Assembly: GCF_009914755.1 (NCBI RefSeq)
Contig: NC_060925.1
Reading direction: 5' to 3' (one strand)
Length of the DNA stretch: 64,000 bases
From: the human T2T-CHM13v2.0 reference genome, Homo sapiens
Numbering within the stretch: position 1 is the first letter of the stretch; every line of letters begins with the position of its first letter. Below the pieces are notes generated by a model, which saw nothing but the letters and a program-made list of their open reading frames with translations, did not search any database and was not told where the DNA came from. Shown piece after piece: positions 30,083 to 41,139 of the stretch. Both the position numbers and the translations under genes were made by a program.

Positions 30083-30410
30083 ACTACAGATGGAATGTTG
30101 TGTCCCTCCAAAATTCATATGTGAAAATCCTAACGCCAGCGTGAGGGTCATGAAGGTGGAGCCCCAACAAATAGGATGAGCCCCAATGAATGAGATGAGC
30201 ACCCTATAAAAGGGACCCCAGAGAGCTTTCTCGCCCCTTCCACCATGTGAGGACACAATGAGCTCAGAAGCCGGCCTCACCAGACACCAAACCTGCCAGT
30301 GCCTCAATCTTGGACTTCCTGGCCTCCTGAACGGGGAGAAATACAAGTTTGTTGTTGAAGCCACCCAGCCTGTGGTATTTGTGTTATGGCTGCCTAAGTG
30401 AACTGAGATA
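30083..30410 (+). mobile_element. MLT1A-like LTR
   Basis: GAATGTTGTGTCCCTCCAAAATTCATATGTGAAAATCCTAAC...CCACCATGTGAGGACACA...GAAGCCACCCAGCCTGTGGTATTT. Confidence 0.8.
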
Positions 30411-30435
30411 TGGTGCCGTCAGCAGAGCCAGGGAG

Positions 30436-30892
30436 TTTTTTTTTTTTTTTTTGCCCGTCTCAGTTTTTAATCATGGCAGGGCCTCACGTGCATGTGCACA
30501 CACACACTGAGGCTTCTGATCTTGTTGAAAGCTGTGATGTTGACAGGCTGCACATGCTCCTCAAACTTGGTGATCTCCTCTTCCAGCAAGTCTGTCCCCA
30601 ACTTGTCGTCCTCCATCACACACTGAATCTGCAGCTTCTGGATACCGTAGCCCATGGGCACCAGCTTGGAGGCCCCCCAGACCAGCCTGTCCAGCTGGAT
30701 GGAGCGTGCACAGGCCTCCAACTGGGCCATGTCCGTCTCATTGTCCCAAGGCTTGACATCCAGGAGGATGGAGGACTTGACCACCAGTGCTGCCTCCTTG
30801 TCCTCCTCACCGTCACTGCCAAACAGGTCCATGTTATCGTCCTCATCATCCTCTGCTGGTGTGGCTGGCTTCTTGGCTGGGGGCTCCACATG
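30436..30892 (-). pseudogene. EEF1D: 5'-truncated processed pseudogene of EEF1D (elongation factor 1-delta, C-terminal GEF domain)
   Basis: Translation [93 protein letters not shown]....AFNKI matches EEF1D. Intronless, with an EEF1D-like 3' UTR, ATTAAA and an encoded poly(A) (T-run 30436-30452). The EEF1DP locus number cannot be determined from sequence alone. Confidence 0.93.
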
Positions 30893-30968
30893 ACTGAAAT
30901 CTAGTCATGCCACTCTCCCCCAAATCAGAGAACCTTCAAGCTGAGAACCTGCAGTTCCTCCAGCATGT

Positions 30969-31044
30969 GTGCCCTCTGACCTCCGACCCCTCTGAACCCT
31001 GACCTGACATGGTGCCCTCTGACCTCCGACCCCTCTGAACCCTG
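30969..31044. repeat. Perfect 33-bp direct repeat, two copies, 43-bp period
   Basis: GTGCCCTCTGACCTCCGACCCCTCTGAACCCTG at 30969-31001 and 31012-31044. Confidence 0.9.
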
Positions 31045-31202
31045 TCTACTCTCCTGTCCCCAACTCTACCCCAGGCAGCCTGACTTCTTGTCATTCCTCA
31101 ATGGCTGCAAATGCCCTCTCTCACTTCTTGGCCACTCCCCACCCTGACCCTCTGCCAGGAATACCCCACCTTCCTCCCTCTCTATTCTTCTCCTGACCAA
31201 CT

Positions 31203-31798
31203 TGTAAGCCATAAATAAAATTTTAAGGCCCCTCAACCATCTGAATGGACTTCCTCCTCGGCAAGGGCACCCTAAAATGTAACCTGAAAGACTGGTTCAG
31301 GCCATGATGGGAAGTGGGGGTCAGACATGCCTCATTCTACCCCTCCCTCCGGCATTAACATCAACACAGACCTTAAGTCTGTTAAGAAGCATTTACAGTC
31401 TATTGTCCCTGAAGTCTGCTGCCTGGAGGCCTCACCTGCATAATAAAACACTGGTCTCCACAACCCCTTATCACAATCCAGACATTCCTTTCTATGGATA
31501 ACTCTTTCAACTAATTGCCAATTAGACCAATTTTAAATCTACTTATAACCTGGAACCACCTGCCCTCCCCCACCCTTCGAGTTGTCCCACCCTTCTGGAC
31601 TGAAATGATGTATTTCTTAAATGTATTTGACTGAAGTCTCATGTCTCCTTAAAATGTATACAACCAAGCTGCACCCGGACCACCTTGGGCACCTGTTCTC
31701 AGGATCTCCTGAGGGCTGTGTCACGGGCCATGGTCACTCATATTTGGCTCAGAACAAACCTCTGCAAATATTTTACGGAATTTGACTCTTCATCAACA
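31203..31798 (+). mobile_element. MER4-group (ERV1) solo LTR
   Basis: TGTAAGCCATAAATAAAATT...AAAGACTGGTTCAGGCCATGATGGG...TTTGACTCTTCATCAACA; TG..CA ends and 4-bp TSD AACT. Confidence 0.85.
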
Positions 31799-32464
31799 AA
31801 CTCCTGGACATCCTCTTATCTCAGCAGAAAGGCCACTTCCTGCAAGCAGCCTTCCTTGATCCTGAGCTGGGATCAGGTGCTCGGGGTTCATTTTCTCCTG
31901 GTCCTCATTATCCCTGATTGCATTGTCTCTTGTCTTTCCTCTGTGAGGACAGGGTGGGGACTCTCTCTGTCATCCCAGAGTACCCCATAGCCTGAGGGGA
32001 GGATATTTGCCCAGGTGTGGCTCTCAGACCCCAGGGTTGTGGTTGGCAAACCTGCTGACTCTCCAGGGGCTGGCCCAGCTGCATCCGCAGGGAACACTCA
32101 AGGGAAGGTTGGGCTAGAATCGCACCAGGGTTGTTTCCATGGTGTCACCTCTCTGCTGTGTGAGCTTGTGGCTGTGACTTTGCCTTCCTGAATTTCAGCT
32201 GCCTCACTTCCAAAACTGGGTACCCCAATCACCCTGATTTGATTACTATGCATGGTACACATGCACCCAAAAACTATGCACAACGATTTTGAATCAATAA
32301 AAAAAATAGAATAGGTCATGCTACCCCTTTCTCAGGGCTGCTGGGAAAATGAAATTAGTTATGTAGATGATTGAACCTGCAGCTCCACCCAGCCGCTTGC
32401 CCTCTTCCTAAAGCTGGAAACTGGGGCCACCAGGATGGACCTGAACATCTCCTGCATCCACCTC

Positions 32465-32847
32465 TGTAAGATTCTCCCCGGGCCTGAAAGCTTAAGGGGA
32501 TGAGTAGCCCCTCCATTCTCAGGCCCAGCTCCAAGGTCACTTGTGTCATCAGCGTGCGCCCGCAAGATAGCAGAAGCAGGAAGAGAGCTGGCCGGAAGAC
32601 GCATACCCCTGGAGATCGAGAAAGAGGCCATCCGGGTACAATGCAGCAGTTACATCAGACTAGGACACTTCCTGTTTACAGGAAACTATAAAACTTTTGC
32701 CCCATCCTCACTTGGTGCTGACGCCATGTTAGGCCTCAGCCCACCTGCACCCAGGCGCTCATTAAAACAACATGTGGCTCCACACCGCCTTGTGTTGTCT
32801 GTTGGCTCGCTTGCTCTTGGGGTTCGAACTGATACAAGAACCTTACA
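32465..32847 (+). mobile_element. MER48-type (ERV1) solo LTR
   Basis: TGTAAG..CTTACA inverted termini, CTATAAAA TATA box, ATTAAA signal, GGGGTTCGAACTGATACAAGAACCTTACA end; no clear TSD. Confidence 0.8.
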
Positions 32848-33026
32848 GTCTTCTCCTCTGCTGAGCCCTTTGCTGAGCCAGGTGGCTCTGCTCTCTGCAG
32901 CTTCCAGATTTGAGGGGGAGGTTTCTCCTCCTTTGCCTGGGACGAGGTGGTGCTCCTCCCTCGTGGACGGTTACCACCAGACTTTTGTCAAGCCGAGGAC
33001 CTCACCCTGGGATGTGATGAGCAACC

Positions 33027-33490
33027 TTTCACGTACGTCCGTGTGAAGAGACCACCAAACAGGCTTTGTGTGAGCAACAAGGCTGTTTATTTCACCTGGG
33101 TGCAGGCGGGCTGAGTCTGAAAAGAGAGTCAGCAAAGGGTGGTGGGATTATCATTAGTTCTTACAGGTTTTGAGATAGGCGGTGGAGTTAGGAACAATGT
33201 TTTGTGGGCAGGGGGTGGATCTCACAAAGTACATTCTCAAGGGTGGGGAGAATTACAAAGAACCTTCTTAAGGGTGGGGAGATTTACAAAGAACCTTCTT
33301 AAGGGTGGGGGAGATTGCAAAGTACATTGATCAGTTAGGGTGGGGCAGAAACAAATCACAATGGTGGAATGTCATCAGTTAAGGCTATTTTCACTTGTTT
33401 CGTGGATCTTCAGTTGCTTCAGGCCATCTGGATGTATACGTGCAGCTCACAGGGGATATGATGGCTTAGCTTGGGCTCAGAGGCCTGACA
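33027..33490 (-). mobile_element. LTR7 (HERV-H) solo LTR
   Basis: Minus strand reads TGTCAGGCCTCTGAGCCCAAGCTAAGCC...GGTCTCTTCACACGGACGTACGTGAAA, with tandem U3 repeats and intact AATAAA. Flanks CAACC/CAAAC give a 4/5 TSD; no PBS or PPT adjacent. Confidence 0.93.
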
Positions 33491-34322
33491 CAAACCTCTT
33501 CACAACCAACGCTTTCCTGTGTCCATTCCCAAAGAAACAATTTCCATCACTCTGAGTCCTTTTCAGAGCTGAGCAGGTGTGGCACATCTGTCTGCACATA
33601 GCAGGGCCCGCACACTGACGGCTGCAGAGGAGGACAGTGGCCAGCAGTCCTCTTAAAGGGTCATCTACTGACAGATTCAGGAGTCACTGACATCCATAAG
33701 AAACTGGTTTTCCTTTCCAGTTGGCCATGGTCCTCACCTCCTGGGGAGCCTTGGGCCCTTCTGGAGTTGGTGGTCCCTTGCAGGAGGAGCTGCGAGCTGA
33801 CGGTACCCTCTGGTGGAAGAGTGGAGCAGAAGAAGGTGAAATGGTTAGAAGGTGCTGCTATGACTCAGAGTGTGGTCTCCTGGAGGCAGCAAGCAATCCC
33901 AAAGGCAGAATCCATCTCGCTGACAGGCTGAGAGCAAGGTCAACCCTGCACTGCTCCGAAGTGACTCGTCTGACCTGTATAATTCTTCCATTGGTGACAC
34001 CCGCAGAATATGAATTCACTCAAACGGGCAGATGTGGCTGAGAGAGTCCCTTTTCCAAGGACCGGGATGACATGAAAATGGTTTTGATGTTCTCATTCTC
34101 GACGATTGAAACCTTGATAGGGAGCATCCGTCAGGCAGGTGGGCAGTTGGGCGTGCCCTGCCTCAGTCTCCCTGCCCCTCCTCCACAGTGCTCTTATGTC
34201 TCACAGCTCTCGGAGTGGCCAATCTAGTCAATAGCAAGTGTGGCTGTGCTGGGAAGGGTTCTTGACTTGCAATGTGGTGGATGTACAGATGAGTCTCTGA
34301 GTGTGAAATGTCTGATGATGAT

Positions 34323-34773
34323 TGTATTAGTTGGGATTTTCTAGAAAGACAGAACTAATAGGACAGATGTATATATAAAGCAGAGTTATTAAGGAGTATT
34401 GACTCACATGACCACAAGCTGAGGTCCCACAATAGGCTGTCTGCAAGCTGAGGGACAAGGAAGCCAGTCCGATTCCCAAAGCTGAAGAACTTGGAATCTG
34501 ATGTTAGAGGGCACGAAGCATCCAGCATGGGAGAAAGATGGAGGCCAGAAGATTCAGCCAGTCTAGTCTTTCCATGTTCTTCTGCCTGCTTTTCTTCTGG
34601 CCGCGCTGGCAGCTGATTAGATGGTGCCCACCCAGATTGAGGGTGGGCCTGCCTCTCCCAGTCCACTGACTCAAATGTTAATCTCCTTTGTCAACACCCT
34701 CACAGACACGCCCAAGATCATTACTTTGCATTCTTCAATCTAATCAAGTTGACACTCAATATTAACTATCACA
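34323..34773 (-). mobile_element. MLT2A (MLT2A1-like, HERV-L) solo LTR
   Basis: TGTATTAG...CAAGTTGACACTCAATATTAACTATCACA; TSD ATGAT/GTGAT. Confidence 0.88.
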
Positions 34774-35532
34774 GTGATGATGGCTTGATTCCCTGGGCTG
34801 GGCTGCTGCCTCTGTCTCCGCCTTGTCTGAAAGCTTGCTGGCTTCAGACACAGCATAGTCCTGGGATGTGGCTGGGAGGGTGGCTTGGGCCAAGCAGGGA
34901 GACTTGGTCGGGGTGTGTGGTTGTGACATCCTTGCAGGAAGCTTTCTTGAGTCACGGATGGAGTCTTTTAGAAATAACCTGTGCATGTGTGTGTGTGGCT
35001 CTGGTTTGCAAAATGTATTGACATCACCAGGCTTTAATTAGCTGTGCTGTGCTATTGGGGACTTTGTCACTGCCACTTTGCAGGCTACAAATTACCACTT
35101 TGAGTCATTAAAAGCAGGAGCAAAAAGTAGTTACTGGTGTTAGAGCTGGAAGGGGCCCTGGGTCACCTCATCCAGTGATCATCAGCCCCAGCCCAGGGAG
35201 GAACAGGACTGGCCAAGTCACAAATAGCTAACAGCAGAAACAAAACAGGCTCCTGAATCTGTCCTGAGCTGCATCCACTGTGTTGGGCTCTGCGTCCTGG
35301 AACATCAGTTCCCTGTCCTCAGGAACACAGGGGCCCATGCACGGATCATTCCACACATTCTCTAGGGCCCACGGAGGATGAGCACCAGGAGCACTGACCA
35401 CAGAGGCCAACATTGCCTTCATCCCCACCCCCGGCACCCCACTCTCTCTCGCTGGACCAGCCAAGGAATTGGAATTCAGAGACTGTGTCACCTGAGCCCA
35501 CACACCTTTGTGAGGCTCCTGAGTGTGGGTGT

Positions 35533-35960
35533 GAAGTGTGGTTTTGATTTGCATTTCCCTGATGACTAATGGTGTGCAGTATCTTGTCATGAGCTTATTG
35601 GCCATTTGTATATCTTTGGAGAAATGCCTGTTCAATCCTTTGCCCATTAGAAAGAATATACTTTATTTTTTAGAGCAGTTTGTGGTTCACAGCAAAATTA
35701 AGTGGAAGGGACAGATAGTTCCCATCCACCCCCTGCCCCGACATGGCACAGCCTCCTCCACAGTGAACATCCCCCACCAGGGGTGCACTTGTTACAATCA
35801 GTGAACCCACAGTCGAGTTCATTCTTCTTTTTTAAACATTTATCTTTTTAAAAATTTATTCTCATTGTATGTATTTAAGGTATAAAGCACATTATTTTGC
35901 TATACATAGTGAAATGATTATTACAAACAAGTGAACTTATCCATCACCTTCCATAGTTAC
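35533..35960 (-). mobile_element. L1M fragments; the last (L1MA 3' end) is the HERV-H target and resumes at 42510
   Basis: GTTTTGATTTGCATTTCCCTGATGACTAAT (ORF2 end). ATCCATCACCTTCCATAGTTAC continues as CTCTTTTTTGGTGTGGTGAG..AAAATCTACTCTCTTAGCAA beyond the provirus. Confidence 0.75.
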
Positions 35961-36109
35961 TGCCTTCTTATATTAATAAGAAAAATAAAACAAAATAGTG
36001 TTGAAGTGTTGGGGCGGCGAAAATTTTTGGGGGGTGGTATGGAGAGAGAGAATGGGCGATGTTTCTCAGGGCTGCTTCAAGCGGGATTAGGGGCAGCGTG
36101 GGAACCTAG

Positions 36110-37864
36110 AGTGGGAGAGATTAAGCTGAAGGGAGATCTTGTGGTAAGGAGTGATATTGTGGGGATGTTAGAAGAAATGTTTGTCGTATAGAATGATTGG
36201 TGATGACCTGGATACAGTTTTGGATGAATTGAGAAACTAAACGGAAGATACAAGGTCTGAATAAAAGAAGGAGAAAAATGGGTTTTGACTAAGAATTGGG
36301 AGGACCTAGGACATCTAATTAGAGAGTGCCTAAGGGGGTTCAGCATAATTACTTGCTTGGTTGGCAAGTTTTTGGGCTCTATCTTTGAGTTTTTTTATGT
36401 TGTCATACACCAGGCTGGACTGATTTAGGTAAAAACAACACTCTTCATTTAAGAATATACAGAGTCCTCCTTTTTCAGCAATGAGTAAGTCAAGGCCTCC
36501 GTGGTTTTGGAGGACAACTGCAGCTAAAGAGTCAACTTGGGCCTGGAGGACTGATAAAGTTTGTGATATGTCTGTGATGCTAGCAGCGAAGTCATTAGAG
36601 AGGATACAGAAGGTCATGACAGAGGTTGAAATGCCTGCTATTCCAGTACCGAGAGCAATAGTGGAGGCAGAAAGTCCTAAACTGACCAGCAAGGGAATTA
36701 GTGGAATAGCTTTTTTTTGTCGTGTCGGTGTCATGAGGGGAACAGGGAGGTCTTCGGTCCTATTTGCAAATTGAATTTTGGGGGTAAGGAAAACTAGTGT
36801 GCATGTGCCTGTCCAATTAGCAGGTAGACCTATGTAGGTAGAGGATCCACAGAGGAAGAAGAGACCTTGTGCGAGGCAAAACTGGAGATTCAAAGTAAAA
36901 AGGTGAGAAGGAGTGCTGAAAGCGGTGTCTTGTACCCAGACTCCTAGGGATCTAGCTAGGGTGGCAGCCGTCAGAGGTTGTAATGGGGACTGATGGGGTA
37001 ACTATGTAGAGGGGGAGGTTCAATTTTCATGGTGTATAAGAAAACGTTGAGTATTTATGAGCAACTTTTCACTGTTATTTTCAGGGCTGGGTGTAAGTAA
37101 ACAAGAAGAGGGCCTGGGAGGAGAGTCTGATAAGCAAGGTAGACAAGGAAGGAGTGAAATACAGGGTAAGTGTCTTCCTGAGCAATAATTACGCTAACGT
37201 TTTTAAGTTTGTCAATATTGATAGAGGACTTGTCTGTAATATGGAGCTGGAATGCTCCAATTGTTTCAGTGATGTGTGTAGTTGGGCTTTGGAGATGAAG
37301 AGTAAAGGAACATTGAGAAGGTGAAAGATTACCTAGGGGAATTCTAGTGGGTCTTTGCTGAGAGAAACATAAAGGAGCGGCCACAGGAATAGTAGTTTGT
37401 GTTGTGAGAGGTCTAAATATGGGGGGAGTAGAGTTAATATAAGGAGAAAGGTTTTTTAAGTAAGTGTGGAGGAGGGCGGCTGCTTGCTGATGTGAAATGT
37501 CTTGCGAAGTCTTGCTGCACCTGTTTAGAAAGTAAATGAGTTCTTCAGGAGGGTAAAGGTGAGGGCTATTAAAGGAAGTTCAGAGGTGTAAGGAGACAGG
37601 AGATGTAGCCTAGTCTGCATGTAAGGCGGGGACAGCTGTGTAGGCGCTGGGAGAAAGGGAAATGCAAAACCAGCAGTTGTTCGCTAAGGAGGGATTAGAA
37701 GCAGCTAGGAGAGAATGGGTAAGGTTGATAGTGTGGTGGAGATAGCTGGGGAGAGGTAAAGGGTGGCATAAGAATGGGAATGAGAATAAGAGTGAGTATA
37801 AAAGTAAGGAATAGAACTTCATCAGGGTGGAAATACTGGAGGGTGCCTTGCCAGCAAAGATCAT
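36110..37864 (-). pseudogene. env: HERV-H env (SU+TM), disrupted by stops and frameshifts
   Basis: Starts MIFAGKAPS; CWFC motif in SU; RQKK cleavage site; fusion peptide AIPLIPLLVSLGL; immunosuppressive domain LQNHGGLDLLIAEKGGL; CIFLNEECC (CX6CC). The 3' boundary is approximate. Confidence 0.9.
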
Positions 37865-38049
37865 CTATCCACTCTAAGAGGGAGTTAAGAGTGGTGGTTT
37901 GGGGATAGCACCAAGAGATATCAGCTGTGATGGCTTGAAGAAACAGTGTAAACTGGCAGTGTAAACAAGAGTAGGGCATTTATAAGTAGTTGAGAATAGA
38001 GAATAGGAGTATGACTAGACAGAAGATAGCAGGGATGACTAGTTTTTCG

Positions 38050-41000
38050 GGGCTCAGCCTAAGTGGTGGGGGTGACTTCATTAAGCCCTGTTGCAAAAAG
38101 TAGGGTAAGGATGAACAGACCTAATAGAATGAAGGGATGTATTAGGCTCATAAGGGTTATTACTGTTCTTCAGAAATGCTAGTGAGTTTAAGGGAAGTAG
38201 GGGAGAGTACTTGTGACTTCCAGGAGGAAGAGGAGGGATTAGGCTGGCTGTCCGATGGAAACAACTTTATTCTGGAATGGTGAACCTAGTGGGGAGAATC
38301 CTGCAGGTGGACGGCAGTTGGGGTACTATAGATGACTAAGTAGGGTCCGGTCCATTGAGGTTGTAGAGTTTGAGGGGTCAGATTCTTAACAAGAACGGAT
38401 CATCCAGCTAGGGTGTCTTCATAAGGCTGGGGATCTGGAGTAGGCAAGAGAAGATTAGCAGCCTGGCGAATTTCCTATCTAGCCTGTTGAAGGACTGGAA
38501 GATAGTCGCCTAGAGGGCTGGTGTCTGGGATGAGGTTGGAGCCAAGCAAGAAAGAGCATCCATATAAAAGTTTAAATGGACTGTACCTTGTAGCATCTCG
38601 AGGACAGGCTCTAATTCTGAGAAGGGCAAGAGGTAAAAGTACTGTCCAATCCTTTTTTAAGTTGGAGGTTGAGCTTGGTGAGGTGTGTCTTTAAAAGACT
38701 ATTAGTTCGTTCTACCTTTCCTGAAGATTGAGGACGGTAAGGGATATGAAGTTTCCACTGAATACCAAGAGCCTGAGAAACTAGGTGATTTGACTAGTAA
38801 AGGTTGGTCCGTTATCAGACTGTATAGAGGTGGGAGGGCCAAACTGAGGAATTGTCTGACAGAAGGGAAGAAATGACTGCTGTGGCCTTCTCAGACCCTG
38901 TGGGAAAGGCCTCTACCCATCCAGTGAAAGTGTCTACCTAGACTAAGAGATATTTTAGTTTTCTGACTCGGGGCATGTGAGTAAAGTCAATTTACCAGTC
39001 CTGGGCAGGGACAAATCCTCGAGCTTGATGTGTAGGAAAGGGAGGGGTAGTAGAATAGCAGATGGAACACTGAGAAGTGATTTCTTTGAGGATAGATTTT
39101 TAGGATGGAAAGGAAATGAGAGGTTCTAAGAGATGGGCTAGCGGCTTGTAACCTACATGGAAGAGGTTATGAAATGACGACAGAATAGAATGGGCCTGTG
39201 AGGCTGGAAGGAGATATTTTCCTTGGTCTAAGAACTATTTGCCTTGTGTGGGAAGAGATTGATAAGTGGAAGTTTCAGCAGGGGAGTAGGTGAGAGTGAC
39301 CGATGTGAAGGAAAAAAACTGGCCGTGAGGGACAGAAGTTGGAAAGCTAGCTGCTTGTCTAGCCACCTTATCAGCATAAGCGTTGCTTAGAGCAATGGGA
39401 TCTGATGCCTTTTGATGACCTTTGTAGTGAATGACTCCAGCTTCCTTTGGAAGTAAAGCGGCCTTGAGCAGAGTTTTTATTAAAGAGGCATTAATGATGG
39501 AGGACCTTTGCATAGTGAGGAAACCTCTTTCAGCCTATATAACAGCATGGTGGTGCAAAATATGAAAGGCATATTTAGAGTCAGTATAAATATTGACGCG
39601 TAGTCTTTTTGCAAGAGTGAGGGCTTGAGTTAAGGCAACTAATTCAACTTGCTGAGAGGTAGTGGAGGGGGGCAGAGCGGTAGCCTCAATGATAGATGTG
39701 GAAGATACTATAGCATAGCCTGCGTTTGCTGGTGAGTGGTGATTAGGCCTGGTGGAACTGCCATCAATAAACTAAATGTGATCAGGGTAAGGAACAGGAA
39801 ATAAGGAAATATGGGGAAATGGGGGGAATGTCAGGTGGATCAGAGAGATACAGTCATGAGGGTCAGGTGTGGTATCCGGAATAATGTGGGAGGCCGGATT
39901 GAAGTCCGGGCCAGGAACAATGGTAATTGTGGGAGACTCAACAAAGAGTGAGTACAGCTGACGGAGCCAGGGAGCTGAACGTATATGTGTCAGGTGTGAG
40001 GAAGAAAACAGATTTTGGAAACTATGAGATCTGTAGAGAGTGAGTTGAGCATAGTTTGTGATTTTGAGGTCCTCTAAAAGTATTAGGGTGGCAGCAGCCA
40101 CTGTGCGGAGACATGATGGCCAGCCTAAAACAGTAAGGTCAAGTTGTTTGGACATAAAGGCTACAGGAAGTGATCCTGGTCCTTGTATAAGAATTCTGAC
40201 TGCACAGTCCTGCACTTTGGCTGTGTGTAATGAAAAGGGTTGGGATGAGTCAGGGAGAGCTGGGGTGGGAGCAGTCTCTAAAGCTGTCTTCAAGGAACAG
40301 AAAGAGGAGTGGGGAAAGGATTTAGGATCTATGGGGTCAGCTAGGTTTCCTTTTGTGAGTTTATGTAATGGTTTTGTTATGATGGCAAAACCAGGTATCT
40401 AAAGTCAAAAGTATCTAACCATGCCTAGGAAGGAAAGAAGTTGTTGTTTTGTAGAAGGTATTGGGGTTTGAGAGATCAGCTGGACATGATTGGCAGGGAG
40501 ATCATGTGTATTTTTATGAGAATTATGCTGAGATAGGTAACAGATGAGGAAGAAATTTGGGCTTGACTGAAGTAATGGGGGCTGTCTGTGAAGCCTTGTG
40601 GCAGTACAGCCCAGGTAATTTGCTGAGGCTGATGGGTGTCAGGGTCAGTCCAAGTGAAAGCAAAGAGAGGCTGGGATGAAGGGTGCAAAGGAATAGTAAA
40701 GAAAGCATGTTTGAGATCCAGAACAGAATAATGGGTTGTGGAGGGAGGTATTGAGGATAGGAGAGTATATGGGTTTGGCACCACGGGGTGGGTAGGCAAA
40801 ACAATTTGGTTGATAAGGCACAGATCTTGAACTAACCTGTAAGCCTGGTCTGGTTTTAGGACAGGTGAAATGGGGGAATTGTAAGGGGAGTGTATAGGCT
40901 TTAAAAGGCCATGCTGTAGCAGGCAAGTTATAACAGGCTTTGATCTTTTTAAAGCGTGCTGTGGGATGGGATATTGGCATTGAGTGGGATAAGGGTGATT
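38050..41000 (-). pseudogene. pol: HERV-H pol (RT-RNase H-integrase), internally deleted and stop-ridden
   Basis: PTHPVVPNPYTLLS..VLDLKHAFFTIPLHP..LPQGFTDSPHYF (RT); IHYKGHQ..NAYADKVA (RNase H); VDTFTGWVE (integrase). Boundaries approximate. Confidence 0.88.
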
Positions 41001-41139
41001 AGGTTTTAATGAAATGGTAAGGGGTGGATTATCAGTCGCTAAGGAGGGAGTAGAGGTATCTTATACTTGTGGGTTAAGGTGGGGAGATATAAGGGGAGGA
41101 GGTGAAGGAGGCTTTGAACTGGGGGAAAAGGTGGCAATG

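Noticed and set aside
33215-33330. Tandem roughly 31-bp repeats that look array-like
   Set aside because: These are the normal U3 repeats of LTR7, with no unique spacers; not CRISPR-like or novel.
33027-33490. Treating this LTR7 as the 3' LTR of the HERV-H at 35961-42504
   Set aside because: It has its own near-TSD, and older MLT2A and L1M sequence lies between the two. The provirus has a separate TSD, and the 5' LTR remnant differs from this LTR at about three of 33 positions.
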